Assembly: GCF_024521635.1 (NCBI RefSeq) | Contig: NW_026250406.1 | Location: forward strand, 1,178,001-1,242,000 | DNA: 64,000 nt | Reading direction: 5' to 3' | Origin: Tricharina praecox | Taxonomy: Eukaryota | In this document: positions 51,736-64,000 of the stretch, one piece after another | Numbering within the stretch: position 1 is the first letter of the stretch | Layout of the letters: each line of letters begins with the position of its first letter | Notes under the pieces: model-generated | Told to the model about the DNA's origin: nothing | Databases searched by the model: none | What the model saw: only the letters and a program-made list of their open reading frames with translations | Made by a program: the position numbers and the translations under genes

Positions 51736-54224
51736 AAATGGAAACACCCAGCTCGAGCTCCGAGTGTAGATAGAGTTTCGACAAATACACAGACAAACGG
51801 ACGAACTTCAGCCCCAGACAGAGAATCTGGGAATGCGGGGATCGACAAATGCCGGAATGGGCTGGGCTGGGCTGGGTAGTGCCGGAATTGGTAGGGCTGA
51901 GGGCTGAAGAGGCTTATTCTGCTCTGTTGAGAAGCCAGGGAAATTGAAATGGCTGAAAAGCCACAGCTTAAGGCTACTTACGGCGACGATCGATGTGAAA
52001 GTTGAAAGAACAAAGAACTGACAAAGAACCAATGATTAGAATAGGCGAGCAACGGTGGAATGTAAGAACCGACAGGATGAAAACTTAAAAGAGCATAAGA
52101 CGAGGCGAGGCGGGGCGAGTTACGTTCGGTGAAGCCTGAAGGGGTGAGTACGTGATGAAGGATCCCGATCGATCGTGCGCGCTCACGGCGAGAGGAGCCG
52201 ATTGCAGTGGGGTTCCGTCCAGGGGTGATTCTCGGCGCGGAGGAGAGGAGGAGAGGTATGTGAGGAAGTATGTACTATGAGAAGCCGCGGCGGGAGCCCC
52301 AGTTGGTGTACTGGTAGAGTTGACGAGTTATCACGAGTCACGGTATGCACTCGCCCCGGGATGGGCCATGATCTAGAGTATCTGACAGGTGCTTGGACGC
52401 TCTCGGTAACTAACGTGAATAACATCGAGTTCGAGTGCGTGGTCCGTGGATACCTGCGGCCGGCGGTCCCTCCCGTTACCGCTGCAACGGTAGCCTGAGT
52501 CAACCCCTTGGTATGCAATGTGCGGGTCCCAGTCGAGGATCGAGGATCGTGGGGGGATCGAAGCGACAAAGCTTAATTGGAAGATTGGAATGTGAGTAAC
52601 GAACTGTCGAACTGTCGAGGAGTCAGACAGTCGGACAGTCGGACAGTCGGACAGTCGGACAGGTGATGCCGGGCGGCGGGCGCCCGGGGAATGCAAAGTT
52701 CGAAAGTAGCCTCGCTCGTGGAGTCGTTGCTATTATGTAGGTTTGTACTCATCAGATTATCACTCGCCCCTCCCAGTGTTCGCCGCGCGCGCCAAAGCCG
52801 CAATCTGGTCGACGTCTGTAGGCTGTGTTCGGAACCAACTTGGGATGCCCGGGTTCGTCGCGACGATAGACTTCTCGGGATCGTATTTCAATTGCGGCCT
52901 ACTGATAAAAGCGGCCATATGAGGAGATTCGGGAATTGCTCCGCTTGGGTCGTGTCACCGAGCTATGTATTTATCTATTTACTTGCTCTCGGATGGGAAT
53001 GACGGAATTGATCGTCGCCAGCTACGCGATCCCGGTCACCCGGTGCCCGGCAACTAGTAACGATGGGAGGGAGGATTTCCAGATTCTGGAACCTTTGTTT
53101 GTTTGTTTCATATTCTAGCGACCCGTCTAGATCATGGCAACACATGTTGCAACTTACACAAGCCGTTTCCTGATTTACCTATTGTCCAACACAACTTTTG
53201 TGAGTTTTCGAACGGCCGAATGTGGCTTCCCCCGGCTGCCCTCCGCCCTAGCCGTTCCCAGAGGATTCGGGAACCCCATACCATCATGTCGACGGGGGAT
53301 ACTCTAGTTCACGAGTGACCGTGCCGTGTCCGTGGGTTACTGTTACTATTACAGAATCCGGCCAGGCATGTGATATCACTCGATAGACATCTGGGTTCTG
53401 ATTGTCGACGTCCATTTCTTGGAGGTGGATAGGAGGCGGCGAGGCGGACTAGTGACTTGCGGTGGCGCAGGGATGAGTTGAGGGAGTGGACGAGTCGGGG
53501 AAGAACGGATGAGTTGAGGAGCTAGATATAGCCATGATATAGATAGGTCGCATGCAATCAATGAATGAACAAAAAAAAGATCCTGTAATCCCATAACATC
53601 ACATCGTAATAGTAAACGCGATGATGTTCTTAAACGCGGTTAAGTCCCAGATACTTATAATTTGGAAGTAGAGGTGATAAATACGCCATTGTTATAGAAT
53701 GCAGCAAGTTCACAGCGCCATATAAATCGCATGTATATAAAGCGGGCGACGATACTGGATCATGAGATGGATGGAAGAATCATCCAGACGCCCTGGTCTG
53801 AGATGCCAGGTTGTGGTACTTCGTCGTCGTTATTCCTGTCCATCGTAGCGCGCGGGGTGTGGGACCCAACACTTTGTAACTATCGAATTCATGTTTCTAG
53901 CACGGAAAAAACCCGCGTGACCTAGTGGTCACGTACCCGACGGAGTTAGCATGGACAGCGGTCCATCTATTGGGGTTTCCAAGCCACCCACCGGGGGTAG
54001 TGAAGGTTTTTTGTTCAAGATACGGTTCCGTTTTTTTCTTTAGTTTAATCATTACATTCGACGTCGGTAGAGTAGAGTAGATCATGGCAGATTACATATG
54101 CGTTTCCGCCCGGCTATCACCGCACGACTGCTGGCCGCGAGCTCGATACCGGTTCCTTATTGCTCTCCGCCTAACCCTTCCGTCGAGTCAAACCTCCCCA
54201 CTCACCGCTCAGCCCTCCACGCTC

Positions 54225-55835
54225 AACACAGGCAAGAAAGAAAGAAAGTATCCAACGTCGCTATTAACCTCATCGCCGAGAAGCAGTGCCGCTTATGTAC
54301 CGATGTGGTTCCGACAGACGACGGCATAGGGAGCTCGTACGTCAATCGGTCGTTGCTTGGAATGGCTTACTGTCGGTGCTTGACGGTGGATCCATATGCA
54401 CTGAGGAATATGGCCTTGAGCCCTTGGCCTCGCGCGGTGGACACTGTAGGTTCCACAATGCTTCACAGCACATGGCTCGATCCTGTCGGTCTCTGTAGAG
54501 CTTTTGTCTGAAATCAATTCTTCCGAGAACTCCAGCACCCTTACTTCTACATTTCACTCTCATCAACCTTCATGCAACTGTGCGAAAACTACCAAGCCCC
54601 AGTTCCAGTCCCCTCCGGTTCCTCGAGCCCGGCACAATATCCGAGTTTACATAGTGGGCGCCATCTGCCCCGGCTCACATGATCATGGCACTCGATATGT
54701 AGCATGTCTCTGTGCATTTTGTGATGTTATCCTCCAAAATACCTACCTAGAGAGATGGTAGGATTTGATTATGCTCTAACCCGGTGAGCTGAAGTGCTGG
54801 GACGGATAGAGAGAGAAGGAAGCAATGTATTGTCGCATGCGGCCTATGTACATAGACCATGGCGACGCAGTGATGTGACCGAGAGAGAGAGAGATCTTCA
54901 GTTTATTTCGCATGCAGCCTAGGTATCTAGGCTATGGCGAACCGTCGCACTCGTTTTCTGCCGACTCTGGCTGGCCGGAGTGGAGACCCTCGACCCGCTA
55001 CCGGCTAGCACGATGGGATGACTTTGGTTGTGAGTCTTGCGTTTTCAAGGGTCGTTCTGCTAGCTAGTGACGGTATCACTCGGCCCTTTGAAGCAAAACC
55101 CTAGCTAGGGCTTCTTCTCCTCCACACATTCTACTTCCCTTCCTTCTTCCTCTTCCTTCTTCCTCTTCCTCACCACCAACACCAACACCAACACCACTAC
55201 CACCACCACCAGCAACAACACCACCATCACCACCACCAAACCATTCGACCAGCACCCGGACAGCACCACACTACCGGCGCCGATCGGATAGGAAGTACAG
55301 CAACATTCGTCCATACGTCACATCTTTGTTTTCAATACCTTGACTGTGACAACGTGGGTTGATTTGTGGGAACCTGGAGACCAACTGCACGACATCAACT
55401 GGACAACACCAACTGGACAACACCAACTGGACGACGCCAACCCGGACGACACCTCGACTGGGCGCTGTGTGGGGAGGGAGTGCGGACGTAATGCAGGCCG
55501 CACAGAAGAGTAAAAGACGTGATCACGTACCCCCGGTCCCGGCACGGACCAACAAATGCGGCACACACTGGACCTGGACCTGGAATTCACCTATGATCAA
55601 TGGACGTATATAAAAAATGCATCCTTCCACCACGACCTCGGTTTTCAATACCCTGGTTGTGGTGGAGGCGAGTGTATGCAGACATACCGGCATTCGCCCG
55701 GGTACATGTAGTGTGGCACTGCCAGGCGCATAGTTTATCACTCACGCCCTCCACGTAAGCGGAGGTATTCGCCAGGTTCCACGTGCGTGCGGCCTGCAAA
55801 ACCAACGAAGTGACGTTCACGAAGTTGAAATAACA
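54225..55835 (-). repeat. Right arm of the long inverted duplication (partner 40660-42435)
   Basis: See left arm; carries ~330 bp (54710-55035) with no counterpart in the left arm and lacks ~41580-42045. Confidence 0.9.
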
Positions 55836-56029
55836 CCACGCCGTTGACACTCCGAGAGATACAACCAGCACCACAGCCTGGCGGAAGTTATGACTACCGG
55901 GCCCCGGCTACCCCGCTTCGTCCATTCGGCTTTTCACGAGTCACAAGTCACGAACCTCCGCTTCGATGACAAGCACTTCATTTATCCTCTCCATACACTG
56001 CTCCACCACACCCGCAAAATAAAGCCTAG

Positions 56030-56575
56030 CTACTCGCGCCTCCTCCTAAACAAGATCTTCTGCGCTGAGTTCGGATTGTTCAATTCCTCAAAGAATACAC
56101 TCTTCGAGCTCTGAGACCAGACGAGATCATCGATGCGTGTCTGGGCTCCTCCGAACCCGTGGCTCACGTAGTCAGCAAGGCTGAGATCCGGGTGGTTCTT
56201 GATTTCGGCGAGGTATTTCCGCGGCGCCACCATGACTGGCCCGACCATACTCGGTACCCAGAAGATGGCGGATTCCCCAAGCTGGTGGGAGTCAGCACCT
56301 GGTTCGGATGAATGTCCCAAGAGAGAGAAAGCGGTACCTTCTATATCCCCTCCTGGATCATAGCCATGCATTGAAAGCCTCACGGGGTGCTTGGAACTGA
56401 ATTTCCTTTGAGAGTCGCTATTGAGGCTTGTCGCGGAGGTTGAGGCATGTGAAGTCACTCGCGTACCAAGTGATGACGCGGAAGAGCCAGCGAAAACCAC
56501 GGAGCAGCAGGTAGTTACGATAGCTTGGATTCCGTACTTAAGCTCTAGTATGTATGGAGAAACTAAAAGTTCCAT
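56030..56575 (-). pseudogene. Cytochrome P450 pseudogene, third tandem paralog with large internal deletion
   Basis: QCMAMIQEGI*K|intron 56337-56282|LGESAIFWVPSMVGPVMVAPRKYLAEIKNHPDLS...SQ is fused directly to SKSVFFEELNNPNSAQKILFRRRRE*. Premature TAG at 56343-56341, frameshifted exon 1, and no heme Cys region. The 5' limit is approximate. Confidence 0.88.
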
Positions 56576-57057
56576 TTTTACGGGAACAGATGTTGCGCAT
56601 GGATGCCTCGAGCCGCGGCTAGCAGGTCCATGATTAGTAGAGCTAGCTACAGTGTTCGACGAAGTCCTTTCCCGGTACCGAGTGGGACGTGTGTACCAGC
56701 ACGGGGTACCGGTACTGCCCACAGGAACGGGGGAATGGCCGCATAGGCCAGTACCGGACGGTGCCGCGCTTTACTGTAATCAACCTCATGCCGGGGGTAC
56801 CGGCACCGGGTGTTGCGATGCAGTAGGTACCGTCATAATCAGCGCTGTATTGTAAGTCTGGCGCTGTGGGCTCACGGTATCGTCACACGCACTCTACTAG
56901 GTAGCCGGTACGGAGCAGTAAACGTCGATACTGTTTGGAACGAGCCGGGGGTGGAGAGCTCTAGTTTTCATGAATCCACTCGGTCACAAGTGGATTATAG
57001 TAAATAAAAACCGAATAAATAAACCTAGCAAAAGACAATACGCGAAATGTACCCTAG

Positions 57058-58809
57058 CTAGTTATAACTCCTCCTCTTAAACAAGATCTCCTGTTCTGGA
57101 TCCGGATTAATCACTTCGTCGAAGGCAATACTCTTCGGCCTTTCCTTCTGGCCATCCGGAAACTTGAAATCATATTTCATCAATAAATGTGAGAGGATAA
57201 TCTTGATTTGATTTCCAGCGAAGAACCTATGAAACAAACAACTCGTCAGTGAGGCGATAGGTTGCGGGAAAGGAAGGTGAAAGTACCGGCCGGGGCAAAC
57301 ATGAGCTCCATGACCGAAGGCGAAGAAGTTTTCGGAGGAGGTGACAAATTGGTGAGCGTTTTCTTGTCCGGGCTCTTGGCGCAGCTTGAGAGAGCGGAGG
57401 CCGTCGAAGGTGTCTGGGTCGCTATAGATTCGGGGGTCACGGAGAACGGTGCGGGATGAGACCTGGATGATTTGGCCGTTGTAGATCCTTAAGCCGTCGA
57501 AGAACTCAATGTCTTGAGTTGCTTTACGCTGCAGGGTCGCTGTGGCGGGGGTGTTAGCCATAAATGGTGACCGAGTCGGGGTTAGATCTTCCATACCGTC
57601 TTGGAGAGGATGGAGGCGCTGGCTCTCCTTCATGAAACTGTCCATCTTCTTCAACTTTCGTACTTCGCTCGCCGCGTTGAAATTGGCGCCTCCCAAGACC
57701 TCCCGTAGCTCTTCCCTTAGCAACTCTACATACTCCGGGTACTTGCACAGATCGTACACGAGGTGGGTCATAGTTATGCTGGTGGTATGGATCGCCACGA
57801 AGGCAAGAAACAGCTGGATATTCGCTAGGTCGGAATCCGGCTCCCCTTGGTTGATCGCCCACTGTAATACATCGTTCGGTTTGACGTAAGCATCTCCCTG
57901 TATCTTCTGTTGTTCTCGCCGCTCCTTCACGACGCCCATGATCAATGTGTCGGCATCATGGACTGCCTTCTTGAGCGCTCGGTAAGAGGGTAGACACCAC
58001 TTTGCAATTGGTGCGAGGAAACTCCCGAATCTCCGCAGCTCTAGGCCGGCTGTCATGACGGTCGTGGTGTAGTTTATAGCGATGTCGAGCCAGCGCTGGT
58101 CGCGGCAGAGCGTTTCGCCGAGAAAGACGCGGGAGCTGACGCGTGCAATTATCTGCTGCAAGGTTGGATGCATTGTATGTGCGATCCATTCTGCATACTG
58201 TTAGACTTGTCGAATAGGTAAGTGGATGTGTAGGAAATTACCATCAGTCAAGGGGAGCTTAATATCCATTGCCGAAACCGTTTCTTCGGAGAGAGCGGCT
58301 GTAACATGGCTGAGCGACTGGGTAATGTTTTTCTTGATAATCTTAATGAGGTTTTGAGACCGGAAGAATTCATCGCTACCCGTCTGAGCTCCTCCAAATG
58401 CATCTCGGAAGTAATCCGCGAAGCTGAGGTCTGGGTGGTTTTTGACTTCCGCTAGGTATTTTCGTGGTGCTATCATGACTGGTCCGATTGAAGTCGCCAC
58501 CCAGAAAACGGCAAATTCTCCGAGCTAGTTAGTATTAACAGGATTCTGTTAAGTTACGGTATCAGAGGGGAACAATACCTTCTGGATACCTTCCCGGATC
58601 ACTGCCGCGCATTGCGTGCGGTATCGCGCCTGGCCTTTCTTGTAACCGTCCGGGCCAGGCGGCATACCCGAGAACACATACTCCCGTTGTTTCCTCTGAG
58701 AAACGGCCTTGTAGAGCCAATTGAGAAACACGGCAAAGGTACACGTTAAGAAGATAGTAGCCGATTGGCGATACTGCGGATTTGACGTGAAGGTTTCGAG
58801 AAGTGTCAT
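57058..58809 (-). CDS. Cytochrome P450 (ent-kaurene-oxidase-like group, CYP503/CYP68/CYP512 type), ~509 aa, 5 exons (58809-58579, 58524-58242, 58190-57597, 57539-57287, 57226-57058)
   Basis: N-terminal membrane anchor, ARVSSRVFLG, I-helix VAIHTTS, KMDSFMKESQR (ExxR), FDGLR, heme motif FGHGAHVCPGRFFA; four canonical introns of 51-60 nt. Confidence 0.95.
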
Positions 58810-58844
58810 GGTTGCTGTGTTTTCGAAACTACTAGATAAACATG

Positions 58845-58878
58845 CCCACAGCAACGGCGAAGTCAGCCCTTTATACGC
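58845..58878 (-). promoter_or_regulatory. Putative TATA core promoter of P450 copy 1
   Basis: GCGTATAAAGGGCTGACTTCGCCGTTGCTGT about 65 nt upstream of the ATG; conserved upstream of the paralog. Confidence 0.6.
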
Positions 58879-60478
58879 ATCTTCATCATCCTATCCCAGA
58901 AAAATCGGGCTCGCGCAGCCCCCCTCACGAATTCGCTTTACGGCTTCTCGAGATTCCCAACAACGATACCGCCTTAGTGGCGGTTATCTTGACTACTTTC
59001 CGCCATCAGCACTGTATACCTGAGCGATGGGGATCATTCTAATCTAGGGGCCTTCGAAGTTGATCACCACGGCCGAGCTGGGAAACCTAGCGCCGGCGTG
59101 GGGTAGATGTATGTAGTAGACACCGGGGTGCTATCTGATCCGTTTGTACATACAAAGTAGAAAAGGAACATTCTGTAAGTGGGTTTAACCGTGGGGGCAG
59201 ATATCCGATGCCCAGAGGACTCAACAACCAGACCTACGAACAAGTCGGTAATTAAACTGGGCGGAGGCCGTGAGCCAGTCCATTTAGCAGTTATTTTTAG
59301 GCAGTTAATTTTGACGCGCAAGTAGTAGACTAGTGGGTGCAGTTTCTATCGGTACTCGAGCTGGTTGAACTGTGGTAGGCTGCTGATCTCCAGCCGAGGC
59401 CGCCGAGTCGAAGCGTGTCCCCGTACATTGACGCATACGGACAGAAGCCATATGTAGAGTTCGACGGCTAAGCTTGGCGCCTTAGTTGATATTAAAACAA
59501 GCCTCTTACCCGTCGCCGGTACCGAAAAAGTCTCCTGGCCCCCATAGCAGAACGTGCAAGAGCAATGATCTCCCTTCCGGTCAAGCTGCGGGGTCATGGG
59601 CTAGGAGAGGTGTCGCGCCGATGTTGCAGGATGCATGGCATCGGCTATATAGGAGTATATAGGAGCATGAGGTAGCTTTCATGAGACATACATGATGAAT
59701 AATCTTCTGCAGACATTGATGGTTCTGCTGTAGCGTAAAAGTAGATTAGTTATCAATGTTCCGACAATTTGCTGGCTGAGGACGGCTCTGCCGGCTAGTT
59801 TTTGAACCCATGCCGGCCTCATATTACAACGACGCACATCTTTTATCTATCCCTACGTAGTCTTATCTACGGCCGACATATAGAATAGGCCGATATCCAC
59901 CCATGTGAATAATCCACAAAGATATCGAGAAGTCTCCCAGATAAAACTATGTGGAGGCAGGATCCATCCGTTTTATCGTTAGTTAGAGAGCCGAGTGATA
60001 AATGATGTATGAAGTTGATGCCTCTCACATCTCTCCTTTCTAAGCTTAATATGATCTCGGTGCTTATATACATCACTGGGCAGGCTACCACAAGATTGCC
60101 GCCGACTCACACTCCATGCTCGTCCTCAGCTCAGTCAGACTGGGCGAGCTAGATAATGACGGCGACGTGCAGCCAGCAAGCCACCTCAGTCTGAAACCGA
60201 ACTTTAAGGGATGTTGCGCGAGCCCGGGGGGGTTTGTTTTTGCGAAGGCTCTAGGAGAGGCAACGGTTACTATCTATATCTTCTTTGCTGCTACCGGAAG
60301 TGAGAAACTATGATTTCCCCGATCGCACTCGCACTCGCACTCGGTCACAAGTTGACCAGATATGTAGAATCTGGCATGTGGGGGATCGCGGTAAATAAAA
60401 GCTGAATATCGAGCCCCTCGAGTTACACGCCGCACCACAGTATCTGCAGATGACTATGGTACATAATACGTAGCCCAG

Positions 60479-62256
60479 CTAATAACGCCTTCTCCGGAAC
60501 AAGATCTCCTGTTCAGGATTCGGACTGATCATCTCCTCGAAGCACAGATCCGCCGGCCTGTCCGTCTGCCCATCCAGAAACCGGAAATCATATTTCATCA
60601 ATAAATGTGAGAGGATAATCTTGATCTCGTTTGAAGCAAAGAAGCTATTCGTGACTCGTCAGCGAACGTGATCCTTTGGAAAAGAGGCGGGGGGTGAGAG
60701 TACCGTCCAGGGCAAACATGAGACCCGCAGCCGAAGACGAAGAAGTTGTCGGTTGAGCTGACGAACTGGTGTCTGTTTTCTTGACCAGTTTGTTGTCGCA
60801 TCTTGTAGAACCGGAGTCCATCGAAAGAGTCGGGATCATTATAGATGCGGGGGTCGCGGAGGGCGGAGCGGCAAAAGACTTGAAGGCGATCGCCGGCGTA
60901 AACCTTTAGGCCGTCGGAGAAATCAATGTCTTTAGTTGCTTGACGCTGCAGTATCGCTATGATGAGGGCGGAGTTAGCCGCGAGTAAGAGGTCGGAGTGG
61001 GGTATGGAGTGGAGAATTTTACATACCGTCGACGATGGGGTGCAGCCGCTGACTCTCCTTCATAAAGCTGTCCATCTTCCTCAACTTGTGTACTTCGCTC
61101 GCCGCGTTGAAGTTGACGCCTCCCAGGACCTCCCGTAGCTCTTCCCGTAGAATCTCCACATACTCCGGATACTGGCATAGATCGTACACCATTTGAGTCA
61201 TCGTCGAGCTAGTAGTATGGATTGCCACGAAGGAAAAAAACAGCTGGAAGTTGGCTAGCTCAGAATCCGGCTCTCCGATGTCGATCGCCCATTGCAGTGC
61301 ATCGCTCGGCTTTACATACGCATCGCCCTGGGCCTTCTCTTCTTGTCGTCGTTCCTTCACGACAGCCATGATCAATGCATCGGCATCGCGAATCGTCTTT
61401 GTGAGAACTCCGCAAGAGGGTAGCCACCACTTTGCGATTGGGGCGAGGAAGCGTCCGGCTGTTCGCAGTCCTATGCCAGCCGCCACCATGTTTCTGGCAA
61501 AGCTCAGAGTGATGTAGAGCCAGCGCTGATCACGGCAGAGGGTGTCGCCGAGGAAGACGCGGGAACTGACGCGAGCAACCATCAGTTGCAATGTGGGATG
61601 CAATTTGTACGAGGTCCATTCTAGATACCGTGAGCATCTGGACGAAAGGATGTGACATCTCGTGCAGCGACCTCCTTACCATCAGTTATGGGCAGCTTAT
61701 CATCCATCGCCAATGCCGTTTCTTCGGAGAGGGCAGCGGTGACGTGCGCGAGCGACTGGGTAATGTTCTGCTTGATAACGGTCATGAAGTTTTGGGACCG
61801 GAAGGGAGCATCCACGTGCGTCTGAGCTCCTCCGAACCCATCATAGAGGTATTGCGCAAAGCTGAGATCCGGGTGGTTCTTGATTTCATCCAGGTATTTC
61901 AGCGGCGCAACCATCATTGGACCGAGCATCGACGGCACCCAGAATACGGTGGATTCTCCGAACTGGTATGTTATTCAGCATAGGAATGAGATTGAGTGCT
62001 AGGGGAAGGGATCAACCTTCCGGATCCCCTCCTGTATCACTGCCGTGCATTGCGTGAGGTATTGCATTTGCCCTTTCTTGTAGCCATCTAGACCGGGAGG
62101 TACATTTGCATACACGTACTCGCGTTTCTTCTTCTTCCCTTCGGCAATGGACTTGTAGAGCCAGTTGAGAAGGACGGCAAGCGTGAAGGTCAGGAGGACG
62201 ACGCCCGGTTGGCGATACTGCGGATTCGACGCGAAGGTTTCGAGAAGTGACACCAT
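60479..62256 (-). CDS. Cytochrome P450 paralog, ~511 aa, 5 exons (62256-62017, 61962-61680, 61620-61027, 60956-60704, 60644-60479)
   Basis: Same motifs (VAIHTTS, KESQR, FGCGSHVCPGRFFA); internal exons identical in size to copy 1 (283, 594, 253 nt). Confidence 0.95.
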
Positions 62257-62282
62257 ATTTGCTGCGGTCGTCGAAATACCTA

Positions 62283-62318
62283 CCCCAACAGCGGCGGCAA
62301 AATCAGCCTTTTATACGC
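62283..62318 (-). promoter_or_regulatory. Putative TATA core promoter of P450 copy 2
   Basis: GCGTATAAAAGGCTGATTTTGCCGCCGCTGT about 60 nt upstream of the ATG; homologous to 58845-58878. Confidence 0.6.
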
Positions 62319-63301
62319 CTGTCAATCACCCATCCCAGCAACTACCACTCGGGTTGACGCCACCACCGCATCCGTTTCACAACCTTCCGAGATTCCCTAT
62401 CGATATCAATATTGTCTGTGCCACCGCTTGTTATCTCATTTAGCCTTTTCTGGCGCGTCAAATCTACGCTATATCTGAAAACCTTCTCAGTCCACCCTCT
62501 GTCGCCGACTCGCCGACTCGCCGTCGATTCCAGGGTACGTACATACAGTATATAGTACCAGGGTAAAGGTAGTATAGTCGACTCGGAGGCGTCTATACCG
62601 GCTAACTCTAGTTTCGGACTGGCCTTTGAGTCTACAGACTTCTCGGAGACGAACAAACAGAAGTCTATTACCTATGGCACCGGAAGATCATTCTCCGAGC
62701 CAGGTGAACCAACCCAGATTCCTCGAAGGCATGATGGCTCAACCACCAGGCCTGCGAACGGTCTTTCAGTTGAACCAGGTGCTGCTAGAAGGAGTTGAGT
62801 TAGTTTGGGCACGTGAGTGGGGAAATTGGTGCAGTTTCCTGTCGCTCTTCGAACTGATAGGTAAACCCGCTGAGTGGTTGTATTGGTAGATCATGCGTGA
62901 GGGGTCTTGGACTTGTCGGTAAATCTGCATAGATTCGCTTATTCCACCTGTCCCGTTACCGCCCCCACCATCACCAACCGCTGCCGGCCACACCAGCAAT
63001 CCGATTCTGTGTGTCAAATCCTGTGTTCAGTTCGTCCAGTATCGAGTGCTTCTGCTTCATACTTTTGTTTCTCTTACCTCCTAGGTATTACCCTTGTTTC
63101 AAGGGCAAGTTCATCAGCCCTGTCGTCCTCACTTCTTTACCCTCTATCCTCTGATAGAACGATTCCAGACTTCTCTCTCACAGGGAGCCTTGTAGCGGCC
63201 TTCCCGGTAATTCAGACTTCGTATTTACGGGGAAGCTTACTTGCACCCACCCCTCTAAGATTCGCTTATCAGAGGATCCCGCACCTGTCACGAACCCTTC
63301 T

Positions 63302-63412
63302 CCCTAGGGTACAAGCAATGCGTTGATCACGCGTCGAAAAACGCATTTAAAAACGCATTTAAAAACGCATTCGCCTGCAATGCGTATTTGACGCATTGCT
63401 TGTACGCTAGGG
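63302..63412. repeat. 111-bp hairpin / mini-MITE candidate with internal (AAAAACGCATTT)x3
   Basis: CCCTAG[G/C]GTACAAGCAATGCGT at 63302-63323 and inverted at 63391-63412. Confidence 0.75.
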
Positions 63413-64000
63413 TCTGCTCTCCTTCCATCCATTTTCCCACCCGCACATCCAGGACAGCGATTCCCCTATTGCGAGCCATAGTATTCTCCACTCATCGGAC
63501 TCTCTATATCTACATCGTCTATTTACCGAGCCGCGCTTGCAGGGTGACTAGCGTGGTGGGAAGCATTCACGTGTTTGTTCATGTTTGTTTCGGTTGTATA
63601 ACTCACACACTCTCTCACTCGATTTCGAAACCACTTTGAAGTTTTTCCCGCAATCACAGGGACACTTCTATGAGAGGATATTCGCCGCCGCTAGCGAAAA
63701 CTCACGATAGTGCGAGCGTGTGTGTCAAGGATTTCGGCTAAATCTCCTGCCCGAATTCCTATAAGATCGACCCTCCATTCCTCCTCTTCCTTCCTTCTAC
63801 TTTCTTCCCTATCAACAGCAACATCACAACCTTCCGATATCTTCTTACCTATACCTTCTAGCTACCCGCTTGAACCTCCAACGATTTTGCCACGGTACTG
63901 CGCGTTTCAACCCTAGCAAGGCGTTGAAGAAAGTGCCAGCTTTCAACCCGAGCAAGGCACTGAAGACGGTGGTAGCTTTCGCTGAGACCCAGAGGGTTCG

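Noticed and set aside
56030..56722. 230-aa ORF as a functional P450
   Set aside because: Reads through an intron in a non-homologous frame and lacks the I-helix, ExxR and heme Cys

Overview
Eukaryotic, intron-containing DNA that looks like a filamentous ascomycete (inference from short GT..CTRAC..AG introns and gene families). It is gene-sparse and rich in microsatellites. I could build eight spliced, frame-consistent gene models by hand: a DUF1752 (AreA-N-like) protein, an HRI-like eIF2-alpha kinase, an orphan gene made of tandem duplications with three homologous introns, an intron-containing HHCC+rve integrase, a ~3450-aa protein with an N-terminal 7TM GPCR-like domain and a long tail of 'LW' repeats, a secreted GH128 glucanase, and two tandem cytochrome P450 paralogs. 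A third P450 copy is an internally deleted pseudogene. Mobile and repeat content includes a 1.3-kb TA-flanked TIR element, two abutting MITEs, a LINE 3' remnant, and a ~1.6-kb inverted duplication bracketing a 12-kb segment that carries the GH128 gene. The strongest candidate for an undescribed system is the giant 7TM/LW-repeat protein. All splice models are predictions from sequence only; no RNA genes or CRISPR arrays were recognised.
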